The notes under the pieces were generated by a model. That model worked only from the letters and a program-made list of their open reading frames with translations. It made no database searches and was not told the origin of the DNA. The position numbers were made by a program, and so were the translations under genes. A stretch of DNA of 64,000 nucleotides, taken from contig OZ024741.1 of assembly GCA_964016885.1 (NCBI GenBank), positions 72,540,001 to 72,604,000 on the forward strand, given 5' to 3'. Source of the stretch: Eledone cirrhosa. Taxonomy: Eukaryota. Below are positions 12,697 to 28,569 of the stretch, piece after piece (the stretch's first letter is position 1; every line of letters starts with the position of its first letter).

Positions 12697-14371
12697 CCCG
12701 ACAGGGATGGCCTCTCTCCTCCCTTCTGTACGTACTGACTCTCGAGCCACTACTGCGGAAGTTGGAGCTATTGCAGGGCATCCCTTTGGAACCGGGACTG
12801 CGAAAAGCGGCATCGGCCTACGCCGACGAGTGACAGTAATGGTGTTGAGCACCTCGAAAATAGGGGAGGTCGGCACCTTACTGGAGGAATACGAAAGGTT
12901 CACAGGAGCGAAGCTGAACCGGGACAAATCCGTCGGTTTGCAACTCTGAACGTGGAGAGGCAAACCGATGCCTTCCGATGGCGTCGTCGGACGCTGGACG
13001 GAAGGACCGGTAAAGCTGCTCGGGGTCTGGTTTGGTCCAGACCTGCAGGTGGAGAAGAACTGAACGAGGTGACGGCCAAGGTGTTTGCGCTCACCCAGAA
13101 GTGGGCCGAGTGCAAACTATCCTTGAAAGGTCGAGCGGAGGTGGCGAACATTTTTATAGCGTCCGTCATCTACTACTGCTTGACCGTCGTGTCTTGTCCA
13201 GCCAAAACGCTCACCAAAATGGAGCGCACGCTCTTCAATTCCTTTGGTAGAAACGGGCTCCTTTGGTGAGAAGATCCATCTGCTGCCAACACTCTTCATA
13301 CGGAGGGCTGAGGATGCCGTGGCTGACGATGTGCAAACACGCGCTCAGGCTGCGGCACCTCCACGTATTCCTCACCGGACAACCGGTGTGGGCCCCTTTC
13401 GTGAGGCGAGCCTTCCCACGACTCGTCTCGCTGACCGAGCTGCAGTCCTGGGTCAAGCAAAGACCGAGGAAAATGGGCGACTGGCACATCGAATGTGCTC
13501 AGGCGCTCACAGTCCTCTGGCAAACGGACCCGGCGATAAGTGGAGACTCCACTTCGATATTCTATGCAAGTGTGACGACGCGCTCGGAGAAACTCTAGTC
13601 TGTTCAGTAGGACCTTCCGCCCGGGACCAATGGACAAATTCCAAAAGTACCTGGCCTGGCAGTGCTACCAGTTCGAGACAAGCTCTACAGACACGGGCGC
13701 CCGGGAAGGGACCCTTCGAAAAAGATGTGTCCGAGATGCGTGCGCGACGAGGAAACCGTCGCACACGCATTTGTACACTACCCGGGCCTTACCGACCTGT
13801 GGGGCTACGTAGAACGACTATTGTCGCGGGTGGGACCAATCCAGTTGATCACCGAGTCCATTGTTATGATCAAACCGTCACCCTCCTTCAAAAACGAGGG
13901 AGAGGCGGTTTTCCTATGTGTTATGGCTATGGTGAAAAAGGTTATATGGTGGACTAGGTTAAAAGAGCTGAGGTCAGACACCTTTCTCTCCGGCGAATAA
14001 CTGATTCGTTTTTTCAAATATCATTTTGGAAGAACAATCAGGATGGAGAGAGAGGTGCTGTACCCCAGCAAATTTTACAAAAGGTGGGTGAATGTGGCAA
14101 AGATAGCTCGAGTGGTTTGGCCTTCTCTCTATATATATGTAGGTTGAGGAAAAAGAGGAAGAGAGGAAGGGAGTACTCACTCTTGGTGCTCCTGGAGATG
14201 AAGGTTGTACATTTTTTCGGGGTGTGTACAACCCCTGTGTAACGTCTCCCCCCTATTGGGGATTTCAATTGTTATTTATTTTATTAATAGTTTTATTTTC
14301 ATATACCTGTATGTAAACTCCCCATTTGTATTTGTCCCCTTCTTTTGTGCCCTTGTGGCTAATAAAGAAAT

Positions 14372-14372
<1 letters not shown>
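12697..14372 (+). mobile_element. 5'-truncated Tx1 copy directly downstream of the first
   Basis: Starts at RQG(C/W)PLS and aligns to ~10938-12680. Preceded by TATCTATC and followed by (TATC)n at 14373-14438. Confidence 0.9.
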
Positions 14373-14439
<67 letters not shown>

Positions 14440-14444
14440 TTATA

Positions 14445-16550
<2,106 letters not shown>

Positions 16551-17019
16551 TTTACCTATTTATCAGTATGCCTGTTTGTAGGCCTGTCCCAAATAAAACA
16601 ACAGAATTCGGGATAACAGCAGTTTCTCGCTTGAACAAATAGCAGGAATGTTCGGGAAAACATTTCCAAATTGGTTTGTCAAGATTTCTTAATTAGAATT
16701 TCCGAGAAAATCAGTTAAGAGATGAATGAGGTGAATGTTTAGAAATTTAGAGTTGGAATACAGATAATAAACAAACGAACGAACGATACAACATAAAAAA
16801 TAATGAATAAAATATAAAGAAGTCAATAAAATAAAAAGCGAAAGAAAACAATGGATGAAGTTAGTAAAAAAAAAAAAAATAACAACGTTCTGCACTTGTT
16901 GCAGGGGGTGAGGGTAGGGTAGAAAGACTGTACTCATCATGGCTGATGCATTTGGATGGAGAAGACAGTCAAATGGTCTTGTTTTGTGATGGCGTGGTGA
17001 GGAGCGCTGATATGTTTAC

Positions 17020-17052
17020 ATACATACATACATACATTGACACACGCTCAAA

Positions 17053-17087
<35 letters not shown>

Positions 17088-17860
17088 ACACACATATATA
17101 TATTATACATTGACACACGCGCAAACACACACACACACACACACACATTCAAACACACATACACATACATACATATATACATTGACACACGCTCAAGCAC
17201 ACACATACACACACACACACATACAAACACACACACATACATACATACATAAATACATTGACACACGCGCAAACACACACACACATACAAACGCACACAC
17301 ATACATACATTGACACACGCTCAAGCACACACAACACACCCATACTTACATACATATATTGACACACGCTGAAACACACAAACGCACATACACGCACACA
17401 CATAATAAATACTTAGAGACATATATGTATATATACACACACATACACACATTGTGGCGGCCGTGAAGACGTATACATACACATACGTATATATAAGTAT
17501 ACATAAATTCATACATGCACACACACATAGATATAGATCTACACTTTCACACACATACATATGACCGCTTATTCATAGTACATACTTAGACACATACATA
17601 GACACATACATACATACATACAAACATACATAAATAACATACATGAATAACATACATGCATACAGACATGTGCACATATATACATGCATGCATACATAAA
17701 TACATACATGATGGCTGCCCCCTCGTTATCGAGTATGGCCATTGCACGAAAAAAAAATACATACATACAATATAATACACATAAAGCCTGCCTGCATATA
17801 TACATAAATATATACATACATAGATGCATACGTATATGTGTGTTTGTATAGTGAAACATG
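17020..17860. repeat. CA/TA-rich compound microsatellite with recurring ACATTGACACACGC motif
   Basis: Motif recurs at about 17033, 17107, 17179, 17254, 17307 and 17356. Confidence 0.85.
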
Positions 17861-17969
17861 TACTAGAATGAAATGACTCTGATCGTGCTGTTGATATCAA
17901 ACTTGCAGCATTTGGTACAATGGATGTGTATATACGTAGTATCTCCTATCAAATGTACTAAGTCCGGCA

Positions 17970-19050
17970 AATTTTACATCAGCAACATGATCTGGAAAGA
18001 AGTGATCGGAAGGAATGGCGACTCTGATCTAAATACGAATGGAGAGGCCTTACGAGACATCTGTTCTAACAATGGAATCTCTATTATGAACACCTTCTTC
18101 CACTACAGAGACATCCATAAATATGGTATAAGGGGAATCAGGGACATAGATCAATAATTGGTTTTGTATTTTCTGTGATCTCTTTAATTCTGTGCTGGAT
18201 ATTCGTGTTAAGAGAAGGACTGGGTTGTCAACTGATCATCATCTAGTTATCTACAACTTGAGACTACCTAAAGCCAAAGAAGCCCACGAAACTGGCAGGT
18301 CTAGGGCAACCTACAGGATAAAGTGGGAATCATTGATAGATGAGGAAGTCGGGACCAGGTGTGCAGATACTATTGCATTCAAATTCAGAAAATTCCCTGA
18401 GCAAACTGAGGACGTTGAGACATAGTGGATATTGTTCAACGCAGTAGTTTCTGCTTCAGCTGTTAAATGCTGCAGGTGAAATAGGCCTGGTGTAGCGCCG
18501 GATCGCAGGAACTTAAGCTGGAATCTGACTTCACATCAGCAAATAAAGTGTTCTGGCAGAGCATCCGCTGACTTGTTAATAAGAAGCCCTCCTCCACACC
18601 TGCTATCAAGAACACGTCTGGGGTTCTCCTCTCGTCAGAGAAGTGCATCCTCGCGAGATGGAGAGAATACTTTGCTGATCTCCTAAACCCGACCATAACA
18701 GCATCTTCTGATGTACACGAGGTGCACCTGTGAGCGGTGACTAATCTCTCAAAGGTTGAAGTCACAAGAGCGGTTAAAGATCTCAAACGTAGCAAGGCCA
18801 CTGGGGAAGATGAAATCCGGTCCGAGATGTTAAATAGAGAAGGTATTCTCTGGCTGACACGTGAGTGTCGGGTGGCCTGGATCTCTGAAAATGCACTCAA
18901 GCAATGGCAATCGGGAGTGATAATCCCAATTTTCAAAAATGGGGACAAGAGAGATTGTTCCAATTATAGCGGGATCTCCTTGTTAAGCCTCTCCGGTAAA
19001 GTATATGCTAAGTGTCTGGCAAAGAGATGCAGGAAGATTGTTGAGTCCAA
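17970..19050 (+). mobile_element. Degenerate RTE-clade LINE fragment (APE C-terminus to RT N-terminus)
   Basis: NGEALRDIC...MNTFFH, LSTDHHLV, KATGEDEIRSEML, WQSGVIIPIFKNGDKRDCSNYSGISLLS. Confidence 0.85.
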
Positions 19051-19384
19051 GACATACTACTACACTCCATTCTACTTCCACAATAGATACAACTATAGTT
19101 TAGATAAAAACATAACGTAAAACAGATCCCTGTGATCCATTCACTACTTCCTGCGTTGAAAAATCCACCACTCTCTGAGAACGACATGCTGCTCTGAATT
19201 TTGATGAAGGAATTTTATCCCAAAATATTAAAGACTATCAAACAAACCCGAGGTAACAATCCAGCATCTTTATTATCCTTATTCGTAACATTTAATCTCA
19301 TTTACCTTCTAAAACCACACACTTTGGTTGAAACATTTCTGCATAATGTTTCAACCAAAGTACAACACCTTCTTATAATAAATT

Positions 19385-19516
19385 CCCCCGGTTGCAACGT
19401 TTTTTGAAATATCCACTTCTGCGTTTACAGATTGACTTTGTTAGTTTCAGAAGATCCCGTTAAGGGTGAAAGCAGCGATTCTTTTACTTAAACTTTAATC
19501 TGTTATTTTAATAAAT
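19385..19516 (+). mobile_element. Probable PLE terminal segment with variant hammerhead core
   Basis: Inverted copy at 39640-39767. Contains CAGAAGA-TCCCGTTAAGGGT-GAAA. Confidence 0.5.
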
Positions 19517-19783
19517 ATATATATATATATATATATGTGTGTGTAGATAAATCTACCAAAATATACGGTAGTGTCCAATCCGTATGAAGAACTCAATGTA
19601 ATCCAAATATCATGAGAAGATGCATTCAAAAATTTTCGATAAAAATCATAGGAAAACAGAGTCAAGATAAATTAATAAAAACAATGAAATAAAAACAAAG
19701 AACAAGTTCCTTATATTAAAAAATTCATCATTTTACGATCGTTTCTAGGATGTATATGTGTGTTGGTATGTATATATATATAT

Positions 19784-19827
<44 letters not shown>

Positions 19828-19832
<5 letters not shown>

Positions 19833-22233
19833 TAAGAGGAATTCCAACTTTGTCTGATTTACTCGTTTTATTTACAATCCTTTAAAATATATATAATGGT
19901 ATTATAATGAAATAGTATGATAGAATATTAAATTCTAAGTGTTAATTGAACAAGTACTTTCATGCTTTCGCAATCTTCAGGTTCATGATATGTGGTGACA
20001 GTCGAGTTTGCAATTTTCAACTGTAATGAGATGGGTAAATTTCCTACCTTTTATACATTTTATACAGAGAAAAGTGGCTCCAGAATGCAAAGCCCTGTAA
20101 ACTGTATTTCGACCAATCAGTGTGTAGTTTCACTGAATTACTACAGCTGATTGGTTTAAGCGTCACGGCTGGTTGAGCATGCTAACGACCAATAGTCATA
20201 TCCAACGTATCAATTGTTTTGCTTTTTGAAATGATGAAAATAGCATTTTCTATTAATCATCACCATCAACATCACTTTTATTATTATTATTATTATTGTT
20301 GTTGTTGTTGTTGTTGTTGTTAGTGGTCGTGGTCATAGTGGTAGTAGAAGTAATACCCCTAGGCGTTATTATTATTCATTTAGCTTGGGTTTGAATTTAT
20401 CAATAACATTCTTTTCTTTGATTTTTTCTCTTGATTTCACTTGGGCTGTGTAATTTGTAGAATGGGAATATTATAAATATTCCCTGACCACATGTTGCCA
20501 GGTGGCCGCTTAGGGGTATCTTACGGACATTTGGGTCTCTGATTTGTTGACGGTGTACCCGTGCACGTTCCGATAGTGCATTTCCAGTTTGACCGACAGA
20601 TTTCTGCTTTTGCAGTTCATATTTGCATTTGGGAATATTTTTCCAGTTTTTGTTTTCATATATTGACCGGCGTGTATGGATTGACATGTGCCGCATCGAT
20701 TATCATTGCATTTAGATACAGTGAATGATTGGTCTTTGTTGTTAAGGTCAAACTTTGCTTTTGTTAGCAATTGCTTCAAATTTTTTGGCTGTCTTTTACT
20801 AAGAGTCAAAGATCGATCTGTGATTAAGCCTTTTAATTCATTACTTTGAGCAATGATCGGTAGGTTTGCTTTGGCAGTGTTGAAGATATTCTGGTGACAT
20901 GGGTTGTGTGTCATTATAAATGGTATGACCAGTTCTTGGTTTATTCTTCCTTGGGTTGTTCTAAGTTGTTGTATAGGTATTTTTATAGCCCGCTGTATGC
21001 CATTTTCTATAAGTAGAGATAGGTATTTTTGTTTGAGCAAAAATTCTCTTAGTTCTGTTAGGCGTTTGTACCTGGTATTCGTATCTTCTACAATGGTACA
21101 AATTCTTCTGGCTAGGCAGTATGGGATGTTGCGTTTTGTATGAGGTGGATGGCACGACTTAAAATTCAGATATTGATGGGTGTCTGTGTGTTTATAATAT
21201 ATATCCGTGGTAATGGTGGTGTCGTTTTTGATTATCATTATATCTAGGAATGGTAATTTGGTCCTACTCATCTCTTTTGTGAATTGGAGAGATGGGTGTA
21301 GGTTATTCAGGAGGATATTGAACTCATCCAGAGTATCTAGAGATTCTGTCCAGATGATGAAACAGTCGTCAAGGTATCTCTTCCAAGATTTTTCAATGTA
21401 CTTTCTAAAGTGAGTACTATACTTTTCCTCTATTTCTTGGTAGAGTTGTTGTTCTAAGTATCCCATTACAGAGTTCGCGTAAACGGGAGCAAACTTCGTT
21501 CCCATCGCTGTGCCTCTAATTTGGATGTAATTCTTTCCATTGAAGAAGAAAGTGTTGTTTTCCAGAATAAGTTTAACTGCGTCTAATATAAATGGCGCTG
21601 TGAATCTAATGGGAATCACTTCTCTATGTTTTTCCACCCAGTATTTAACCGCCTTTATTCCTAAATCATGTGTAATGTTGGTGTAAAGGCTTACCACATC
21701 AAAACTGAGTAGAAGTGAATTCGTTTCCGTGGTTTTGGGAAGATGGGACAGGAAGTCGATATCATCCCGGAATGAAACTGGGTATGTGAATACATAGTGG
21801 TTTCAAAATAATGTCAACAAAATTGCTTAGACGGTGAGTGGGGCATGTTGGACCAGCTATAATAGGTCTAAGTTTTAAGTCTTTTGGGTGTAATAATTTA
21901 ATGTACTCACTGTTTTGTTCTCTTACTGCCAGTTGTATTTCTTTTGACTTGTGAACTTTCGGTAGGCCATACAGGTTGCTGGGTTTCGGCTCAAAATTGG
22001 TGATGTAGTCTCTTTCCTTATCAGTAAATGAGTTGTGGTATTTTGAAGCCAGGTTGTTGATCTTCTTCATGATGTTGTGGTCTATATTTGACGGTATTTC
22101 ATGATAGAATATTGTGTCTTTCAGTTGTTCCTCAACCAAATCCTTGTAGTATTCAGTATCCATTATAACAACTGCACCCCCTTTATCTGCTTGTTTAATT
22201 ATTATTGTTTTATCATTTTGTATACGTTTAAGT
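19828..22233 (-). mobile_element. Penelope-like element (Penelope/Poseidon type), 5'-truncated and frameshifted
   Basis: ADKGGAVV, YGLPKVHK, LRPII, DVVSLYTNI, GTAMG, RYLDD, CGTC and a degraded GIY-YIG domain. Terminal repeat 19828-20025 is also present at 45258-45460. Confidence 0.9.
19947..19985 (-). ncRNA. Minimal type I hammerhead ribozyme
   Basis: TGAAC-CTGAAGA-TTGCGAAAGCAT-GAAA-GTAC-TT-GTTCA: stem I TGAAC/GTTCA, palindromic stem III AGTACT. Confidence 0.8.
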
Positions 22234-22759
22234 GCATATATATATATATATATATATATATGGAAAAAGGCACAAACATATACACATCCCCTCCCACACA
22301 TGTGAAATCAAGTAACTTTTACAAAACATATTTGGTTTCGAAAGGCAGAGGTAAGACCAGCCCCTAGATAAAATGGAGTTTTAAAAAAAAATATAATGAT
22401 TCCATTTAAAAAAAAATATAATAGCCATACAACAGCTATAGGAACTCTGGTTACATACGTACGACTGGATTTTATTTAGTTGTATCTTGAACAGGAGAGC
22501 GGAAACCTTCTTATCATACTTCCACGTAAAGAAATTTTACCTGGAAGCCTTCAAGATTTCCTTCAGTTATCAGTTACCAGCACACACGTGTGTCTCCCGT
22601 GGTGGTGTGGTAGCTAATGAAATAGTAAGATATTGAAGACACCATGAAAAAAATACCATGATTTCGTCGGAATGATCGTGGAAGCGTGAAACTTAAGTAA
22701 CTGCATACGTCTTCAGACGAATATATATAATCATACACTACATTAAACACAGACACGCT

Positions 22760-22784
22760 AATATATATATATATGTGTGTGTGT

Positions 22785-22880
<96 letters not shown>

Positions 22881-23712
22881 TATCTTATCAGTAATCATGA
22901 CGACAAACGACAGAAGCAGCTGTTTACAGTCCCCCCCCCTAAAAAAAACGAAACAAAGGAAAACAAAAAAACCCCAGAAAATGAAAAAGTCATCAACAGT
23001 CATTGTTTTAGTGATATTGCCAGTGATGGTGCTTATTGTGGTGGTGGTGGTGGTGGACGTGGTGGTTGTGGTGCCGGTGATGGTGGTGGTGGCGGCGGAG
23101 GTAGTTGTGGTGGTGGTAATCTTGCTGGCGATAGGGATGGTGGTGGTGGTGGTGGTGAGGTTGGGGGTTGTTGTGGTGGTGGTGGTAGACGTGGTGTTTG
23201 TTGTGCCGGTGATGGTGGTGGTGTTGGCGATGGTAGTTGTGGTGGTGGTTGCGGCGGTGCTAGTTGTGCTGGTGGTGGCGGCGGTGGTAGTTGTGGTGGT
23301 GCTGGTGGTGGCGGCAGTGGTAGTTGTGGTGGTGGTAACCTTGCTGGCGATGGAGATGGTGTTGGTGGTAGTGATGAGCTTAGTGGTGATAGCAGTGATG
23401 ATAGTAGTGCTGAGGAGTGGCGCTGGTAACAAAGATAGTGGAGGTGGTGGTGGTGGTGGTGGTAGTGGCGACTGGGTTAATGGCAATAGTAGTGGTGTTG
23501 ACAGTGTTTGGGATAGTAGTGATGTTCATGGTAATGGCAGTGATAGGGGTGGTGGCGTTGATAATGATGATAATACGTATGATGGTGTTGGTGGTGTTAT
23601 TGGTAGTTGTAGTGGTAGTGGTAGTGGTAGTGATGGGCGTCGTGGTAATAGGGATGGTATTGATAGGCTAGATGGTAATTATGATGCTCCTGATTGTATT
23701 GATGTTGTTTAG
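22760..23712. repeat. (TG)n plus degenerate (GGT/GTT/GAT)n low-complexity tract
   Basis: Seen directly. Confidence 0.9.
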
Positions 23713-23744
23713 GACCAACTCAGCTCCCATTAAATTAAATAAAG

Positions 23745-23962
23745 GTCGTTGGTTTGGCAGTATCGGTAGAGGGTCGGACGACATGCTGTGCAGCATAGAG
23801 TTACGGCTCTTTATGATCTGAGTTCAAATCCTACCGAGGTTAACTTTGCCTTTCATCCTAACGGGGTCGATAAAATAAAGTACCAGTCACGCACTGGGGT
23901 CGATTTAATAGACTTTCCCCTCCCCCTAAATTACTGGTTTTGTGCCTATATAAGAAACCATT
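23745..23962 (+). mobile_element. Family B SINE copy
   Basis: TGGCAGTATCGG...GAGTTCAAATCC...GCCTTTCATCCTAACGGGGTCGATAAAATAAAGTACCAG. Confidence 0.85.
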
Positions 23963-24059
23963 AAATAGAATAAAGGTAAAAAATATTCCAACCATGAACA
24001 ACCATCCTGTCTTTTTTAAGGCATAATGTATTCTAAAGTCTGACTTAAGCCAGAAGGCT

Positions 24060-24315
24060 CGTTAAGCCGGTGCTTAACCCGGTTTCATGGCGTTAAGCGA
24101 CTGAGAGTACAAGACTCTCCCTGGGGAGGACGCTAGTCTATTGCAGGGTTACCCCCCCCCCCCCCCACTATTGCTAGTACTCATTTTCAGCTGAGTATAC
24201 TAGAGCAAAGTGAAATGAAGTGTTTTTCTCAAGAATACAACACGCAACCGAGTCCAGGAAACGAACTCACGACATTATGATCGAAAGTCCAACACCCTTA
24301 CCTAGCGCCTCCACC
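24060..24315 (-). mobile_element. CORE-like tRNA SINE, degenerate
   Basis: Minus strand GTGAGTTCGTTTCC...GTTGTATTCTTGAGAAAAACACTTCATTTCAC. Confidence 0.6.
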
Positions 24316-24429
24316 ATAATATATCAAGGACTACATTATCCGACAGGTACTCTCCTTTTCAAAACAGAATGGTTTGACATGAAGGAAAGTTGACTGCTCT
24401 TTCAAGCAGTTTGATCTACCATAAAGTGG

Positions 24430-25000
24430 TCGATCATCATCGTTATCATCTTGGTAATGATAATTATGATAGTGATGATGATGATAACAAACAACAGTAA
24501 TAGCGACAACATCAACTATAACAACACCAACCACAACAGCACTACCACCACCATCAACACAAGACATACTACCACAACAACAACAATAACAACAGCCACA
24601 AAAATAAAAATAGTAACAGCCACAATTACAAAAAACGAAAGATAACAATCACTTCCACAAGAAGAAGAAGAAGGAGAAGAAGAAGGAGAAGAAGAAGAAG
24701 AAGGAGAAGAAGAAGAAGAAGAAGAAGAAGAAGAAGAAGAAGAAGAAGAAGAAGAAGAAGAAGAAGAAGAATCTCCCCACTAGATATTCCATCGATCTTC
24801 ATATAACTTTAATTTGGTAAAATTGCTTGTCTGACCCAGAAGTCTCTTGTCTACCATTTGACATTCAACCCCACAATTACTAGCACCACCACCACCACCA
24901 CCACCACCACGATCATCACAACTACCACCACCACCACCACCACCACCATCACCACCAGCACCACCACCATCATCACAACCATCACAACCAACACCAGCAA
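24430..25000. repeat. Trinucleotide tracts (ACA/ACC)n and (GAA)n
   Basis: (GAA)n at 24660-24770, with one ~85-bp unique island after it. Confidence 0.9.
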
Positions 25001-25004
25001 TTAT

Positions 25005-25356
25005 CAAGGCCAGCAATTATCCCAGTGTATTACTGGTATTAAATGTTTCTACTTTAGGCACAAGGCCAGCAATTACCCAGTGCATTACTGGTACTTTATT
25101 TTATCGACCACGTAAGGATGAAAGGCAAAGTTAATCTCGGCGGGATTTGAACTCAGACCGTAAAGGGACGTAACTCTGCTGGAAAGCATGGCGTCCGACT
25201 CTCTACCGATACTGACAATCCACAATAATGATTTCTACTTTAGGCACAAGGCTATAATAATTGTTTCTACTTTGGGCACAAGGCCAGCAATCACCCAGTG
25301 CATTACTGGTACTTTATTTTATCGACCCCGTAAGGATGAAAGGCAAAGTTAACCTC
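25005..25356 (-). mobile_element. Family B SINE: one full copy plus partial copies
   Basis: Same motifs as 402-585. Confidence 0.8.
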
Positions 25357-25364
25357 ATAATACG

Positions 25365-25382
25365 TAGTAGCAGCAGCAGCTA

Positions 25383-25433
<51 letters not shown>

Positions 25434-25685
25434 TAGCAGTAGTAGTAGTAGTAGTGGTGGTAGTAGTAGTAGTGGTAGTAGTAGTGGTGGTAGTAGTAGT
25501 AGTAGTAGTGGTAGTAGTAGTAGTGGTAGTAGTAGTAGTGGTGGTAGTAGTAGTGGTAGTAGTAGTAGTGGCAGTAGTAGTGGTAGTAGTAGTGGAGTAG
25601 TTGTAGTAGTAGTAGTGGTGGTGGTAGTAAGAGTGGTAGTAGTAGTAGTGGTGGTAGTAGTAGTTGTAGTAGTAGTAATAGTGGT

Positions 25686-25773
<88 letters not shown>

Positions 25774-25783
25774 ATAGTGGTAT

Positions 25784-25839
<56 letters not shown>

Positions 25840-25845
25840 ATATAG
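25365..25845. repeat. (AGT)n/(ATT)n microsatellite
   Basis: Seen directly. Confidence 0.95.
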
Positions 25846-26216
25846 TAATGCTTCCAATATGAAAGACAATAATGTATATTTTGGAAATGTCTGGGAAACA
25901 GAGAATGTGGGTAGAGGGGGAGGGGAGAACAAGATTTGAAGGAGGAGAATGAAAACATATTGAAGAATAGGAAGAAGGAAATAGAAGAATAAAAGAGTTA
26001 TATTGATTTTCACTCTTCTTCTTCTTCTTCTTCTTCTTCTTCTTCTTCTTCTTCTTCTTCTTCTTTATAAGCACGCGCGCATACATACAGACAGTCACAC
26101 AGACAGACACACACACACACATACACACACATCCGACTGTCAAGCTTGGAACGTTTCAATACTTCAAATGGCTATGTGAAGTATTGAAACAGTTGAAGCT
26201 TGACCGTAGGGCTTAC

Positions 26217-26303
26217 ATATACTGAATAATAACTGCTCTCTATTTTCATTGAAGCAACGAGTACCAAACTGAATAACAGTCTTACTAGTCGTTTAACAAT
26301 AGT
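26217..26303 (-). other. Candidate 87-nt internal exon (TIVKRLVRLLFSLVLVASMKIESSYYSVY)
   Basis: Unique sequence bounded by tacag and gtaagc on the minus strand. Only phase 0 is open. No family recognised. Confidence 0.3.
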
Positions 26304-26344
26304 CTGTACACACACACAGACACACACACAGACACACACACACA

Positions 26345-27127
<783 letters not shown>

Positions 27128-27359
27128 ATATATATATGTATAGGGAAAGAGGGTTTGAAAAATGCATTGACTGACCTTTTGCTTACTTAGAAGGTTTCTG
27201 TATTAGTGTGCTAAGTAATTTGGTGCTTATTCATCTATTTAACCGGTTTCAGCTGTTTTTACAGCCTTTTCAAAGAGATTATCGTTACAGTCTTTCGAAA
27301 AATATTTTTCTTTTATGTTTATAACATGTGGTTTGTCGCTTGTGTTCTTGGTGAACATA

Positions 27360-27780
27360 AGGGACACAACATGGTCTCATTAGATGTTGTGAGCCTATAC
27401 AGTAACATTCCACATAATTACGGAATCGAAGCCATCAAATACTGGCTAGACTCATTCCCTTATGAACTACCAGACCGCTTCAATAAGAATTTCATCGTAG
27501 GTGGACTTGAATTGATTTTAAAAAGCAATTATTTCATGTTCGATTAAATAGATTACCGACAGATATCAAGAACAGCTATGGGAAGAAGCGTTGCGCCAAC
27601 ATATACCAACCTACAGAACAAATTATGGGAATAATTTCGGCGACTACACAAAAGAAAACTGGATGACAGCTTTATATTGTGGAGGGAGAATCTTGACCAA
27701 CTAAATTTCAAACCCACATCAATGATATAAACTAGAATATCCAATTCACTATGAACTTTAGCAATACAAAACTCCCATTA
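27360..27780 (+). mobile_element. Degenerate PLE reverse transcriptase fragment
   Basis: SLDVVSLYSNIPHNYGIEAIKYWL, YRQISRTAMG and LDD remnants. Confidence 0.8.
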
Positions 27781-27822
27781 TCTTTTTTACAATACACACA
27801 CACACACGTACACATATATATG

Positions 27823-27870
<48 letters not shown>

Positions 27871-27871
<1 letters not shown>

Positions 27872-28209
27872 GATATTAAATAAATGGAAACTATATTTAT
27901 AAAACCATATTTATTTCATTATATATATTTCAGGGATATCATATTAAAAATATGTTATGCCTTCCTCAGACAAAATACAATATAAACAGTCTTATAAATA
28001 GATAGATTCGATATACCTTTCAACATCGACTTTAATTTTTCAAATTGAAGTCGATGTTGAAAGGTATGTCGAATCTATCTATTTATAAGACTGTTTATAT
28101 TGTATTTTGTCTGAGGAAGGCATAACATATTTTTAATATGATATCCCTGAAATATATATAATGAAATAAATATGGTTTTATAAATATAGTTTCCATTTAT
28201 TTAATATCG
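27871..28209. repeat. Near-perfect ~340-bp palindrome
   Basis: Arms of ~165 bp around a centre at ~28040. Each arm carries an HHR-like core. Confidence 0.92.
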
Positions 28210-28295
28210 TAAATATACTCCAAATACTTGTTGAGTGCTTTTATTTCAGTTATAAATATTTACTCGTTGCTAACCCAACAATTTAAATAAAACTT

Positions 28296-28359
<64 letters not shown>

Positions 28360-28447
28360 TATATATATAAATATATATATATATAAACGGCCGGAGCTCA
28401 GCCGTCGGGGTCCTGATTCTTTTCCTACTCTCTCTCTCTCTCCCCCT

Positions 28448-28527
<80 letters not shown>

Positions 28528-28569
28528 TATATAATTGTATATATGTGTGTGTGGATGTATGTATGTACG

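Noticed and set aside
17020-17400. CRISPR-like repeat/spacer pattern (ACATTGACACACGC)
   Set aside because: The spacers are CA/TA microsatellite, there are no cas genes, and the context is eukaryotic.
22650-22725. Possible minus-strand hammerhead (CTGAAGA...GAAATCATGGTA)
   Set aside because: Stem II would be ~45 nt and poorly paired, and stem I is unconvincing.
22758-23712. 242-aa and 311-aa ORFs
   Set aside because: Low-complexity trinucleotide repeats with no domain.
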